Below, in pieces: positions 8,765-20,500 of a stretch of DNA of 64,000 nucleotides (positions within the stretch are counted from its first letter, which is position 1; each line of letters opens with the position of its first letter). The notes under the pieces are model-generated. The model saw nothing but the letters and a program-made list of their open reading frames with translations, was not told the DNA's origin and did not search any database. The position numbers were made by a program, and so were the translations under genes. The DNA is from Escherichia coli phage KS_S14, in sequence record LC788706.1; one strand, written 5' to 3'.

Positions 8765-9981
8765 TGGGTTTTAAAAGCTGGATTACTGAAAAGCTAAATC
8801 CGGGTCAACGTATTATAAGAGACATGGAACCAGTTAGTCATCGCACTAACCGTAAGCCTTTTACCACTGGACAAGCCTATAGCAAGATTGAGATTCTCAA
8901 TCGAACTGCCAATATGGTTATAGATAGTGCGGCGGAGTGTTCTTATACTGTCGGAGATAAATATAATATTGTTACGTACGCTAATGGCGTCAAAACAAAG
9001 ACTCTAGACACTCTCTTAAATGTACGACCTAATCCATTCATGGATATAAGTACATTCCGTAGACTTGTAGTCACTGACCTACTTTTTGAAGGTTGTGCAT
9101 ACATCTATTGGGATGGCACATCGCTTTACCATGTCCCGGCTGCTCTTATGCAGGTCGAGGCAGATGCCAATAAGTTTATCAAAAAATTTACATTTAATAA
9201 TCAGATAGACTATCGCGTAGATGAGATTATCTTTATAAAGGATAACAGTTACGTGTGTGGCACAAATTCTCAAATTTCTGGACAATCTCGTGTTGCTACT
9301 GTTATTGATTCTCTTGAAAAGCGTTCTAAGATGCTTAACTTTAAAGAGAAATTCTTAGATAACGGAACCGTGATTGGTCTTATTCTTGAGACGGATGAAA
9401 TCCTGAACAAGAAATTGCGTGAGCGTAAACAAGAAGAATTACAACTCGATTATAATCCTAGTACGGGTCAGTCTTCTGTCCTGATTCTAGATGGTGGTAT
9501 GAAAGCTAAACCGTACTCCCAAATATCCTCTTTTAAAGATCTAGACTTTAAGGAAGACATCGAAGGATTTAATAAATCTATTTGTCTAGCCTTTGGAGTT
9601 CCGCAAGTACTGCTTGATGGTGGTAATAATGCGAATATTCGACCAAACATCGAATTGTTCTATTATATGACTATCATTCCTATGCTGAACAAACTGACTA
9701 GTTCTCTTACTTTCTTTTTTGGTTATAAGATTACCCCTAATACTAAGGAGGTAGCTGCATTAACACCAGATAAAGAAGCTGAGGCTAAACATTTAACCTC
9801 ATTGGTTAATAATGGTATTATGACTGGTAACGAAGCTCGTTTAGAGCTGAACCTTGAACCTTTAGATGATGAGCAGATGGATAGGATTCGTATTCCTGCT
9901 AACGTTGCTGGTTCTGCAACAGGTGTATCTGGTCAAGAAGGTGGTAGACCTCAAGGTTCCACCGAGGGAGATAAAGAATGA
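8764..9981 (+). CDS. Portal protein
   Basis: 405 aa; position between terminase and protease/capsid; length matches my memory of T5 pb7. Confidence 0.8.
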   Translation: MGFKSWITEKLNPGQRIIRDMEPVSHRTNRKPFTTGQAYSKIEILNRTANMVIDSAAECSYTVGDKYNIVTYANGVKTKTLDTLLNVRPNPFMDISTFRRLVVTDLLFEGCAYIYWDGTSLYHVPAALMQVEADANKFIKKFTFNNQIDYRVDEIIFIKDNSYVCGTNSQISGQSRVATVIDSLEKRSKMLNFKEKFLDNGTVIGLILETDEILNKKLRERKQEELQLDYNPSTGQSSVLILDGGMKAKPYSQISSFKDLDFKEDIEGFNKSICLAFGVPQVLLDGGNNANIRPNIELFYYMTIIPMLNKLTSSLTFFFGYKITPNTKEVAALTPDKEAEAKHLTSLVNNGIMTGNEARLELNLEPLDDEQMDRIRIPANVAGSATGVSGQEGGRPQGSTEGDKE

Positions 9982-10472
9982 TTGATTATAATGGTCTAAA
10001 GACCATTTTTGGTGAAAAACTGCCAGAATCTCATATCTTCTTTGCTACGGTTGCTGCGCATAAATATGTTCCTAGCTATGCTTTTCTGCGTAGAGAACTA
10101 GGGCTTTCATCTGCGCATACTAACCGTAAAGTATGGAAGAAATTTGTAGAGGCTTATGGTAAAGCAGTTCCTCCTGCTCCACCGGCCCCACCGTTAACTC
10201 TTTCTAAAGATTTAACTGCTAGCATGTCAGTTGAAGAGGGAGCAGCATTAACACTTTCTGTTACTGCAACTGGTGGTACTGGTCCATATACTTATGCATG
10301 GACTAAAGATGGTTCTCCTATTCCGGATGCTTCAGGAGCTACCTATACTAAGCCTACAGCAGCAGCTGAGGATGCCGGCTCTTATAAAGTAACTGTAACA
10401 GATAGTAAGCAAGTAAGTAAGGACTCTACTACATGTGCTGTGACAGTTAATCCTACTGTTCCTGGAGGCTAA
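9978..10472 (+). CDS. Head decoration protein with C-terminal Ig-like domain (pb10-like)
   Basis: 164 aa; Pro-rich linker (PPAPPAPP) followed by an Ig-like beta-rich segment (GPYTYAW...SYKVTVTD). Confidence 0.55.
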   Translation: MIDYNGLKTIFGEKLPESHIFFATVAAHKYVPSYAFLRRELGLSSAHTNRKVWKKFVEAYGKAVPPAPPAPPLTLSKDLTASMSVEEGAALTLSVTATGGTGPYTYAWTKDGSPIPDASGATYTKPTAAAEDAGSYKVTVTDSKQVSKDSTTCAVTVNPTVPGG

Positions 10473-10475
10473 TAA

Positions 10476-11108
10476 ATGACACAAGCTGCTATTGACTATA
10501 ACAAGTTAAAATCAGCACCCGTTCATTTAGATGCTTATATTAAATCTATTGATAGCGAATCCAAAGAAGGTGTTGTAAAAATCCGTGGATTCGCTAATAC
10601 AATTAGTAAAGATCGCGCTGGTGATGTAATTCCTGCTTCTGCGTGGAAAACGTCTAATGCACTTACTAACTACATGAAAAACCCGATTATTCTTTTCGGA
10701 CACGATCATCGTCGTCCAATCGGTAAGTGTATTGATCTTAATCCTACTGAAATGGGTCTCGAAATCGAATGCGAGATCTATGAAAGTTCTGACCCGGCTA
10801 TCTTTTCACTAATTAAAAACGGTGTACTGAAAACTTTTAGTATCGGATTCCGCTGCCTAGATGCAGAGTGGGATGAAGCTACTGATATATTTATTATTAA
10901 AGATTTAGAACTATACGAAGTCTCGGTAGTTTCTGTACCTTGTAATCAGGACTCAACATTCAATCTCGCTAAGAGCATGAATGGTCATGATTATACTGAA
11001 TGGCGTAAATCTTTTACTGCAATAAGTTCTAAAGCTGTCCCAGCTCAAGAACGTAATCTTTCTGAACTAGAAAAACTTGCGATAGCTTTAGGCTACGTTA
11101 AAGAATAA
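10476..11108 (+). CDS. Prohead protease (pb11-like)
   Basis: 210 aa; located between decoration and major capsid genes. Confidence 0.6.
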   Translation: MTQAAIDYNKLKSAPVHLDAYIKSIDSESKEGVVKIRGFANTISKDRAGDVIPASAWKTSNALTNYMKNPIILFGHDHRRPIGKCIDLNPTEMGLEIECEIYESSDPAIFSLIKNGVLKTFSIGFRCLDAEWDEATDIFIIKDLELYEVSVVSVPCNQDSTFNLAKSMNGHDYTEWRKSFTAISSKAVPAQERNLSELEKLAIALGYVKE

Positions 11109-11125
11109 CGGAGAATTATTTAAAA

Positions 11126-12502
11126 ATGACTATTGATATTAATAAGCTGAAAGAAGAACTTGGTCTGGGTGATCTGGCTAAATCTCTGGAAGGTCTGACC
11201 GCTGCTCAGAAAGCTGCCGAAGCTGAACGTATGCGCAAAGAGCAGGAAGAAAAAGAACTGGCTCGTATGAATGATCTGGTTTCTAAAGCAGTTGGTGAAG
11301 ATCGTCAGAAGCTAGAAGAAGCTCTGGAACTGGTTAAATCCCTGGATGAAAAATCTAAAAAGAGCGCAGAACTGTTTGCACAGACTGTAGAAAAACAGCA
11401 GGAAACTATTATTGGTCTTCAGGACGAAATCAAATCTCTACTGGCAGCTCGTGAAGGACGTTCCTTCGTCGGTGATAGCGTAGCTAAAGCACTGTATGGT
11501 ACTCAGGAAGCTTTCGAAGATGAAGTTGAAAAACTAGTTCTGCTATCTTATGTAATGGAAAAAGGCGTATTCGAAACTGAACATGGTCAGAATCACCTTA
11601 AAGCTGTAAACACCTCTTCTTCAGTTCAGGTTTCTAATGAAAACTATGAAACTATTTTCTCCCAGCGTATCATTCGTGATCTGCAGAAAGAGCTGGTAGT
11701 TGGTGCACTGTTCGAAGAATTGCCGATGTCTAGTAAGATTCTTACTATGCTAGTTGAACCAGATGCTGGTAAAGCTACTTGGGTTGCTGCTTCTACTTAT
11801 GGTACTGATGCAACTACTGGTGAAGAAGTTAAAGGTGCTCTGACTGAAATTCATTTCAGTACTTACAAATTAGCTGCTAAGTCCTTCATTACTGATGAAA
11901 CTGAAGAAGATGCAATCTTCTCTCTGCTGCCTCTGCTGCGTAAACGCCTGATTGAAGCACACGCTGTTTCTATCGAAGAAGCTTTCATGACTGGTGATGG
12001 TTCTGGTAAGCCGAAAGGTCTGCTGACCCTTGCTAGCGAAGATAGTGCTAAGGTTGTTACCGAGGCTAAAGCTGATGGTTCTGTATTAGTAACTGCTAAA
12101 ACTATTTCTAAACTGCGTCGTAAACTGGGCCGTCATGGTCTGAAACTTAGCAAACTAGTACTGATCGTATCTATGGATGCTTATTACGATCTGCTGGAAG
12201 ATGAAGAATGGCAGGATGTTGCACAGGTTGGTAACGATGCTGTTAAACTGCAAGGTCAGGTTGGTCGTATTTATGGTCTGCCAGTTGTAGTTTCTGAATA
12301 CTTCCCTGCTAAAGCTGCTTCCGCAGAATTCGCAGTTATCGTTTATAAAGATAACTTTGTAATGCCGCGTCAGCGTGCTGTTACTGTTGAACGTGAGCGC
12401 CAAGCTGGTAAACAGCGTGACGCGTACTACGTTACCCAGCGTGTTAACCTGCAACGTTACTTTAATAACGGCGTTGTATCCGGTACTTACGCTGCATCTT
12501 AA
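11126..12502 (+). CDS. Major capsid protein precursor
   Basis: 458 aa; N-terminal coiled-coil scaffold-like segment followed by a capsid-like domain; strong codon bias; followed by a strong terminator. Confidence 0.85.
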   Translation: MTIDINKLKEELGLGDLAKSLEGLTAAQKAAEAERMRKEQEEKELARMNDLVSKAVGEDRQKLEEALELVKSLDEKSKKSAELFAQTVEKQQETIIGLQDEIKSLLAAREGRSFVGDSVAKALYGTQEAFEDEVEKLVLLSYVMEKGVFETEHGQNHLKAVNTSSSVQVSNENYETIFSQRIIRDLQKELVVGALFEELPMSSKILTMLVEPDAGKATWVAASTYGTDATTGEEVKGALTEIHFSTYKLAAKSFITDETEEDAIFSLLPLLRKRLIEAHAVSIEEAFMTGDGSGKPKGLLTLASEDSAKVVTEAKADGSVLVTAKTISKLRRKLGRHGLKLSKLVLIVSMDAYYDLLEDEEWQDVAQVGNDAVKLQGQVGRIYGLPVVVSEYFPAKAASAEFAVIVYKDNFVMPRQRAVTVERERQAGKQRDAYYVTQRVNLQRYFNNGVVSGTYAAS

Positions 12503-12523
12503 TACAGGCTTTTCAGCCGATAA

Positions 12524-12550
12524 GGAGAGCTTCGGCTCTCCTTTTTTATT
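12524..12550 (+). terminator. Rho-independent terminator after the capsid gene
   Basis: GGAGAGC-TTCG-GCTCTCC hairpin followed by TTTTTTATT. Confidence 0.7.
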
Positions 12551-12561
12551 GGGAAAAATAA

Positions 12562-13074
12562 ATGCAAATCATCACAGCCGAAGATTATAGATTATATGGT
12601 GGTTTAAAACGACCTGAATTAGAATCTGGTGTAGAAATGATGATTACTGCTGCCAATGCGCTGATTACGAGCCTTCTAGGCATGGATGATGCTGATGCGG
12701 TAGACCAGTTAATCAATACAAAACCTACACGTAGGAAATATTTTCTGAGCTCACCATCTGCTACCTCCGTAACTAAAGTGACGATTAACGATAAGGAGAT
12801 TGACCCAGAGCAGTATAAGCTATACTCTGATGGTATTATCCTTCTCAAATTTAATCCTCCAGAAGGTTATATGGATGTAGCATATACACAAGGTGGATTC
12901 AATCCAATACCTGAAGATCTCAAACTTGCAGCATGTATGTTAGTAGATCATTGGCACAAACAAGATTACCGCCAAGCTAAAACAATTGGTGGAGAAACAG
13001 TTACTTTTAATAATACTAAGTCTGGTATTCCAGAGCATATTCGTACTATTATTGAAGTTTACAGGAGAGTATAA
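12562..13074 (+). CDS. Putative head completion / adaptor protein
   Basis: 170 aa; position directly after the capsid gene; stop overlaps the next start. Confidence 0.4.
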   Translation: MQIITAEDYRLYGGLKRPELESGVEMMITAANALITSLLGMDDADAVDQLINTKPTRRKYFLSSPSATSVTKVTINDKEIDPEQYKLYSDGIILLKFNPPEGYMDVAYTQGGFNPIPEDLKLAACMLVDHWHKQDYRQAKTIGGETVTFNNTKSGIPEHIRTIIEVYRRV

Positions 13075-13841
13075 TGTCTCTTTCTGATTTAGCTACACAA
13101 ATTATCAAGGAGCAATTAGATACTGCGGGACGTTCCGAGAATAATAAGAATACCGTTGTATATTCTGTTGAAACAGGACTGAAAGATCCTACTAGAGATG
13201 GTACTGTTGCTCAGGTATCTTTTAAATTCTCAAAACCTGTATCCCAAGACCTCCTTAATGTTAGGACCGCTTCTATTCTAAAAGCAGTTTCTTCTAGCTT
13301 AGATCTAACAGGAGACTTAGGTGCTTTAGAAAGTCTTATTCAAGCAACCTCTGGTAAAAAATCCTCTGTAGGTAAAAAACGTTCTACTGGTAGAGTTCAA
13401 GTAAACTTTGGAGACCCTAGAGACGTAGAAGATGGATATTCTGGTGCAGTAACAGGTGCTTCAGGACGTTTTGTATCTAATAGCAATATGAAGGTTATTC
13501 TGGAGTTGGTTGCTAAAGAATACTTAATAAAGGATATGAAAAAAGCAGGAGCTCCACTTAAATTTAGAACAGGTCGTTTTGCAAATTCTCTAAAAGTTAA
13601 AGATGTTATGCTTAGAGATACTGGAACTAGCAAAGGTGCTCCTGAATTAAATGTTACATATAATTATATGGTACGTCCATATTCAGTATTTAACCCCGCA
13701 GTGTCTACATATCGAAGATTATCATTACGACCATATCCAGGTGCTAGAAACCCCCAAAAATTAATTGGAGAGGCGATAGCTAAAGCTGCAAGAGACCTAA
13801 TTCACTCCAGATACAAAATTAAGGTTAATCAAGGAACCTAA
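13074..13841 (+). CDS. Structural-module protein, function unknown
   Basis: 255 aa; tightly packed between adaptor-like and tail-completion-like genes. Confidence 0.35.
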   Translation: MSLSDLATQIIKEQLDTAGRSENNKNTVVYSVETGLKDPTRDGTVAQVSFKFSKPVSQDLLNVRTASILKAVSSSLDLTGDLGALESLIQATSGKKSSVGKKRSTGRVQVNFGDPRDVEDGYSGAVTGASGRFVSNSNMKVILELVAKEYLIKDMKKAGAPLKFRTGRFANSLKVKDVMLRDTGTSKGAPELNVTYNYMVRPYSVFNPAVSTYRRLSLRPYPGARNPQKLIGEAIAKAARDLIHSRYKIKVNQGT

Positions 13842-13844
13842 TAA

Positions 13845-14330
13845 ATGGATCACAGAACAAGTATAGCACAAGCTCTGGTTGATCGAATAGCCAAACAAAT
13901 GGATGGCTCTCAACCAGATGAATATTTTAATAACTTGTATGGAAACGTCTCACGTCAAACTTATAAGTTTGAGGAGATACGAGAGTTTCCTTATGTTGCA
14001 GTTCATATCGGAACTGAAACTGGGCAATATCTTCCCTCAGGTCAACAGTGGATGTTTTTAGAACTTCCTATCCTGGTGTATGATAAAGAGAAAACAGACA
14101 TTCAAGAGCAACTTGAAAAACTCGTAGCGGATATAAAAACCGTTATTGACACAGGTGGAAATTTAGAATATACTGTTAGTAAACCTAATGGATCGACCTT
14201 CCCATGTGAGGCGACTGATATGAGCATTACATCAGTTAGTACAGATGAGGGTCTACTGGCCCCATATGGTTTAGCAGAAATAAATGTAACAGTGAGGTAT
14301 CAGCCTCCACGTAGGTCACTTCGCAGATAA
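13845..14330 (+). CDS. Putative tail completion protein (p142-like)
   Basis: 161 aa; immediately upstream of the tail tube gene. Confidence 0.4.
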   Translation: MDHRTSIAQALVDRIAKQMDGSQPDEYFNNLYGNVSRQTYKFEEIREFPYVAVHIGTETGQYLPSGQQWMFLELPILVYDKEKTDIQEQLEKLVADIKTVIDTGGNLEYTVSKPNGSTFPCEATDMSITSVSTDEGLLAPYGLAEINVTVRYQPPRRSLRR

Positions 14331-14356
14331 GTTACAGATTAGGAGAAAATAATTAA

Positions 14357-15754
14357 ATGTCTTTACAACTATTACGTAATACTCGAATCTTCGTGTCTAC
14401 GGTTAAGACTGGTCACAACAAGACCAACACGCAAGAGATTCTAGTTCAGGATGATATTTCTTGGGGTCAGGACAGTAACTCAACAGATATTACTGTTAAC
14501 GAAGCTGGTCCGCGTCCTACTCGTGGTTCTAAACGATTTAACGATTCCTTAAACGCAGCTGAGTGGAGTTTTTCTACTTATATCCTGCCATATATCAATA
14601 AAGATGATCAGAAGCAAATCGTTCCTGACTATATGTTATGGCATGCACTTTCTAGTGGTAAAGCTATTAACTTAGGAGGTAATACAGGAGCACACAATAA
14701 CGAAGCTAACTTCATGGTTAACTTCAAAGATAACTCCTATCATGAGTTAGCAATGTTACATATTTATATTCTGACTGATAAAGCATGGAGTTATATCGAT
14801 TCCTGTCAGATTAACCAGGCAGAAGTTAACGTTGATATTGAGGATATTGGTCGTGTAACTTGGTCCGGTAATGGTAATCAGCTTATTCCTCTGGATGAGC
14901 AACCATTTGACCCAGATGAGTTAGGTATTGATGATGAAACTTATATGACTATCCAGGGTTCTTATATTAAGAACAAACTAACGATCTTGAAGATCAAGGA
15001 TATGGATACCAATAAGTCTTATGACATACCTATTACTGGTGGTACTTTCACTATTAATAACAACATCACGTACCTAACCCCGAATATTATGTCTCGTGTT
15101 AATATTCCGATCGGTTCATTTACTGGCGCATTTGAACTAACTGGTTCATTAACTGCTTATCTGAATGATAAATCTCTTGGTTCTATGGAGCTATACAAAG
15201 ATCTTATCAAGACTCTGAAGGTAGTTAACCGCTTCGAAATTGCTCTAGTACTTGGTGGTGAATACGATGAAGAACGTCCTGCGGCTATTCTGGTAGCTAA
15301 ACAAGCACACGTTAATATTCCTACTATTGAAACTGATGATGTACTTGGTACTTCAGTAGAGTTTAAAGCTATTCCATCTGATCTGGATGCTGGTGATGAA
15401 GGTTACTTAGGCTTCTCTAGTAAATATACCAAAACAACTATTAATAACTTGATTGTTAATGGTGATGGTGCTACTAATGCTGTAACCGCAATTACTGTTA
15501 AATCTGCTGGTGATGCTACTACAGTAAATAACTCGGCTACTCTTCAAATGAGTGTTGAAGTTACTCCTTCTTCCGCAAAGAATAAGGAAGTTACTTGGGC
15601 TATCACTGCCGGTGATGCAGCTACAATTGATCCAGAATCTGGCCTATTAACTGCGGACACCACTAAAACTGGTGAAGTAACTGTAGAAGCTACTGCTAAA
15701 GATGGTTCTGGAGTTAAAGGTACTAAACAGATTACTGTAACAGCAGGTGGCTAA
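14357..15754 (+). CDS. Tail tube protein (pb6-like) with C-terminal Ig-like (Big_2-type) domain
   Basis: 465 aa; C-terminal segment (ATLQMSVEVTP...EVTVEATAKDGSGV) is Ig-like; length and position match T5 pb6 as I recall it. Confidence 0.8.
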   Translation: MSLQLLRNTRIFVSTVKTGHNKTNTQEILVQDDISWGQDSNSTDITVNEAGPRPTRGSKRFNDSLNAAEWSFSTYILPYINKDDQKQIVPDYMLWHALSSGKAINLGGNTGAHNNEANFMVNFKDNSYHELAMLHIYILTDKAWSYIDSCQINQAEVNVDIEDIGRVTWSGNGNQLIPLDEQPFDPDELGIDDETYMTIQGSYIKNKLTILKIKDMDTNKSYDIPITGGTFTINNNITYLTPNIMSRVNIPIGSFTGAFELTGSLTAYLNDKSLGSMELYKDLIKTLKVVNRFEIALVLGGEYDEERPAAILVAKQAHVNIPTIETDDVLGTSVEFKAIPSDLDAGDEGYLGFSSKYTKTTINNLIVNGDGATNAVTAITVKSAGDATTVNNSATLQMSVEVTPSSAKNKEVTWAITAGDAATIDPESGLLTADTTKTGEVTVEATAKDGSGVKGTKQITVTAGG

Positions 15755-15758
15755 TTAA

Positions 15759-16658
15759 ATGTACTACTCTCTAATGAGAGAGTCAAAAGTTATAGTTGAG
15801 TATGATGGTAGGGCATTTCATTTTGATGCCCTATCAAACTATGATATACAGACTTCCTACGAGGAATTCAAGACTCTTCGTAGGACTGTTCATCGTAGAA
15901 CTAACTATGCAGACTCTATTATAAATGCTCAAACCCCTTCTTCTATCTCTCTAGCAGTAAATTTTAGTAATACTCTTACTGAAGCTAACTTCTTTGAATG
16001 GTTAGGTTTTGATAGAAAAGGTAATACTTTCTTACTCCCATTATATAGTAATAATATTGAACCTATTATGTTCAATATCTATATAGTAAACAAAGATAAT
16101 AACTGTGTATATTTTGAAAACTGTTATGTATCTACAGTAGATTTTTCTTTAGATAAGAATATACCAATTCTTAATATTGGTATTGAGTCTGGGAAATTCT
16201 CAGAAGTATCTACCTATAGAGAAGCAGCTTCTATTATACAGGGTGAAGTAATGTCTTACAGCCCAGTAATAGCTTCTACTAATGGCAGCATCTTACCCGG
16301 TCTTATCTCTGCTTCCTTATCTTTCCAACAGCAGTGCTCCTGGAGAGAGGATAAGAGTGTTTTTGATATAAATAAAATTTATAATAATAAAAGAGCCTAT
16401 GTAACTGAAATGAATGCTTCGGCAACCATTTCTCTATACTACTTAAAACGTTTTGCAGGAGATATGGTTTACAATATCGAACCGGAGACAGATGTACCTT
16501 TAAATATAAGAAATAATAATATTTCTATAGATTTTCCTTCAGCACGTATTACAAAACGCCTAGAGTTCTCAGATGTGTATAGAGTTGAGTGGGATGTTAT
16601 ACCTACTGCTTCTTCAGACCCAGTGAGAATAGATTTCTTTGGAGAAATTAAAAAATGA
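15759..16658 (+). CDS. Tail-associated protein (p140-like)
   Basis: 299 aa; between the tail tube and the chaperone-like ORFs. Confidence 0.4.
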   Translation: MYYSLMRESKVIVEYDGRAFHFDALSNYDIQTSYEEFKTLRRTVHRRTNYADSIINAQTPSSISLAVNFSNTLTEANFFEWLGFDRKGNTFLLPLYSNNIEPIMFNIYIVNKDNNCVYFENCYVSTVDFSLDKNIPILNIGIESGKFSEVSTYREAASIIQGEVMSYSPVIASTNGSILPGLISASLSFQQQCSWREDKSVFDINKIYNNKRAYVTEMNASATISLYYLKRFAGDMVYNIEPETDVPLNIRNNNISIDFPSARITKRLEFSDVYRVEWDVIPTASSDPVRIDFFGEIKK

Positions 16659-17059
16659 TTAATTTAAAAGATATTACTCTTGATACTCGTACTATTACTC
16701 TTTCCTACCCAGGTATGCCGAATTTTAAACTAGAACTTAACTATATGTCTCGTGCTACCTCTAAACGTGTTATTTCTTCTGCTAAACGTGATGAATGGGT
16801 TAATGGTACGCTGATACAAGTACAGGATGATGATAAGTTTATTGAAGCCTTTGTTGATGCAGCTATTAAAGGCTGGACTGGCTTAACTGTTGGTGACGTT
16901 GAAAAACTGATGCTGATTGAAACTGATGCTGATCCTGAAACTGAAGTTCCTTTTAGCCGCGACAATGCTGTAATGCTTATGCAGAACTCTGCTGCGTTTG
17001 ATTCTTGGATCAACCAGACAGTGTTCCACTTAGACACTTTTCGTAGCCCAAAAGCGTAA
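16655..17059 (+). CDS. Putative tail assembly chaperone
   Basis: 134 aa, acidic; upstream of the tape measure gene. Confidence 0.35.
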   Translation: MINLKDITLDTRTITLSYPGMPNFKLELNYMSRATSKRVISSAKRDEWVNGTLIQVQDDDKFIEAFVDAAIKGWTGLTVGDVEKLMLIETDADPETEVPFSRDNAVMLMQNSAAFDSWINQTVFHLDTFRSPKA

Positions 17060-17120
17060 AGAACTCCTAGATGCTGTTGCTGATTTTGCAGATAAGTGTA
17101 TTAAAAGCTCAGCATCTAAA

Positions 17121-17489
17121 ATGACTAAACAACAATATTTAATACTTTGTGAATCAATGGGTATAGAGCCTGATCCTAAGGCCATACCTGTTGAACTTGA
17201 AGACTTTCCACCTATTGTAGCTACTAGTATGAATATTTATAATAGTCTAATTGACTGTTTCATACCTGGTGACTTCCCTATCTTTATAGGTAAAGACAAA
17301 GCTGCTCTAGGTGTTTTATTTGATATTTATGGGATTACTGATCCTATAGAAAAAGAATTTGTTCTACACATTATCAATATATTTGATGCTAAAGCTGTAG
17401 ATGCTGCACGTAAACGTGCTGAGAAGCATAAACCGCAAAACGGAAGGATTCCTAACGTTAAGCCACATGCTAGATCTCGTGCACGGTAA
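17121..17489 (+). CDS. Putative tail assembly protein; its frame is open upstream to 17034
   Basis: 122 aa from the first ATG; the same frame is stop-free from 17034 and overlaps the end of the previous ORF. Confidence 0.35.
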   Translation: MTKQQYLILCESMGIEPDPKAIPVELEDFPPIVATSMNIYNSLIDCFIPGDFPIFIGKDKAALGVLFDIYGITDPIEKEFVLHIINIFDAKAVDAARKRAEKHKPQNGRIPNVKPHARSRAR

Positions 17490-17523
17490 AAGTTTCCTCC
17501 AATGGGCGTTCCACGATGAGGCT

Positions 17524-17557
17524 TGGCTCTGGGTGATTTGCCCAGAGCCTTTTTTTA
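17524..17557 (+). terminator. Rho-independent terminator
   Basis: GGCTCTGGG-loop-CCCAGAGCC hairpin followed by TTTTTTTATT. Confidence 0.7.
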
Positions 17558-17573
17558 TTGGGAAAAATAAAAC

Positions 17574-20500
17574 ATGACTGATAAGCTAATACGAGAATTA
17601 CTAATAGACGTTAAACAGAAGGGGGCAACTCGTACTGCAAAGTCTATTGAAAACGTATCTGATGCGTTGGAAAATGCTGCTGCTGCTTCCGAACTGACAA
17701 ATGAGCAGTTAGGTAAAATGCCCAAAACTCTTTATTCCATTGAGAGGGCAGCAGACAGAGCAGCAAAAAGTCTTACTAAAATGCAAGCTAGTAGGGGTAT
17801 GGCTGGTATCACCAAATCTATTAATGATATTGGTGATAAACTAGATTACCTAGCTATCCAACTTATTGAAGTAACAGATAAACTAGAAATTGGATTCGAT
17901 GGAGTTTCTAGATCTGTTAAAACAATGGGCAATGATGTTGCAGCTGCAACAGAGAAAGTTCAAGATAGGTTATACGATACTAATAGAGTTTTAGGCGGTA
18001 CAACCAGAGGTTTTAATGATACTGCTGGTGCCGCTGGTAGAGCGTCTAGAGCCATTGGTAATACTTCTGGTTCAGCACGTGGTGCAACTCGTGATTTTGC
18101 AGCAATGGCTAAGATAGGTGGTAGTTTACCTATTATGTACGCAGCTCTTGCTTCCAACATCTTCGTTTTGCAATCAGCATTTGAACAACTTAAACTAGGT
18201 GATCAGCTAAATCGTTTAGAAAAATTTGGTGTTATAGTAGGTACTCAGACAGGTACTCCTGTTCAGACCCTTGCTAGATCACTACAAGAAGCTGCTGGAT
18301 ATGCTATTTCTTTTGAGGAAGCAATGAGACAGGCATCTTCAGCATCAGCTTATGGGTTTGATGCCGAACAACTTAATAAATTTGGTTTAGTAGCTCGTCG
18401 TGCGGCTGCTGTTCTTGGCGTTGATATGACTGATGCACTTAACCGTGTAATTAAGGGCGTATCTAAACAAGAAATCGAACTTCTGGATGAACTTGGTGTC
18501 ACCATTCGTCTTAATGACGCATACGCTGATTATGTTAAACAGTTAAATGCTGCAAACACAGGTATAACATATAATGTTAATAGTCTTACCACTTTCCAGA
18601 AGCAACAAGCATACGCTAATGCGGTAATTGCTGAATCTACTAAGCGTTTTGGCTACCTAGATGAAGTACTACGTGCAACTCCATGGGAGCAATTTGCTGC
18701 TAATGCAGATGCTGCACTAAGAAAAATACAACAAGCTGCTGCTAAGTATTTAGGGCCAGTAATTGATGCTATCAACACAGTATTTTATACATCTCAGGCT
18801 TCTATATCTGCTGAGGCAGCTAGGGCCCAAGAAAAAACTAATAGACAGATAGACCCTACCAACGTTGGTGCTGTTGCTTTAAGTTTAGCTGCATCTGAAG
18901 AAGGCTATAATAAAGCTCTAGATATGTATAAGGAATCTCTTGATAAGCGTAATAAGCTAAAATCTGAGTTCGATAAACGAATGGAACAAGCAGATTTCTA
19001 TACAAAACTAGCTATACGTCAAGTTGGTGAAGGTATTCCTATTGGTCTTGCAGCAGCAGGTGCCTCGGAGGCCAATAAGCAATTTGTAGCAGAAACTGCA
19101 GCTATGGGTCTACAAGTAACTAGACTTGGTAAGGAAGTAGAGGATTCTACAGAGAACCTCAATGCTTGGAAATCAGCGTATCAAGCTGCCGGGGCTGCTG
19201 CTGCAAAGGCTAGTCCAGAGTTTCAGAAGCAAATTAATCTACAGAGAGATACTACTGATCCTGGTGCTGTATATGATTTTAACTCTACTGTATTAAAAGG
19301 ACTAACTGAGCAGCAGAAAGCATACAATCAGACTAAGAAAACTGCTAGTGACTTAGCTAATGATATACAGAACGTTGCTCAGAATACAGATACTGCTGCT
19401 AAAACTAGTGCTACTTTAGCAGATGCTATAAAAAACATAGAATCTCTATCTCTAGGTACTGGTAAGAGTGCTGATGAATACGTTAAAAATCTTAACCTAG
19501 GCTATAATACTCTGTCTGAAATGAAAACTGCGTCTCAGGCCTTATCTGAGTACGTTAAACTAACTGGTAATGAGACTAAGAACCAGTTAGCAGTTCAACA
19601 GAAGATAGCTGACGTATACAACCAAACTAAAGATAAAGAAAAAGCACAGGAAGCTGGTAGGCGTTTAGAACTCCAACAGTTAGAAGAGCAAGAAGCTGCT
19701 TTACGCCGTGTACTTCAAACTAATCAGGGAAATAAAGCTGTTGAGAAAGAAATTGAAAAAATTCAGCTGGAGAAACTTAAACTTACTAATCAGGGTATGG
19801 AGGCTCAGAAGAAGGTTAAGGATTATACAGATAAAATCCTGGGTGTAGATCGTGAGATAGCTCTCTTAAATAACCGTACTATGACAGATACTCAGTATCG
19901 TCTAGCACAGTTAAATCTTGAATTGACCATTGAAAAGGAAAAGTACGAATGGTATACAAAACAAGCTGATAAACAGAAAGAGGCTGAACAGTCTAGACGT
20001 GCTCAAGCCCAAATTGAACGTGAAATCTGGAAATTCCGCCAAGATCAGATTGCTTCAATGGCTGCTGGTAGAGAGGAAGAACAGCAAAGACAATTTACTG
20101 CTAAACCACTAATGGGAAATGCGGAGCGCTTACAGGAACAGCTAAAATTATATGAAGACTTAAAGCAGAAAACATTAGGTAATGCTGCGGCACAAGCGGA
20201 GTATAATAAAAAGATAGCTGAAACTAGGGCACAACTAGCAGGTTTAAGGGCACAGAGAAATGCGGAGATGCAAGCTTCTGTTGGATCTTCTTTAGGTGCT
20301 GTGTATACTCCTACAACTGGACTATCTGGAGAAGATAAAGATTTTGCTGATATGGGAAATAGAATGGCTTCTTATGATCAGGCAATTTCTAAACTATCTG
20401 AGTTAAATTCCGAAGCAACTGCTGTAGCTCAAAGCATGGGTAATTTAACCAATGCTATGATTCAGTTCTCTATGGGGTCTTTAGACACTACTTCCACGAT

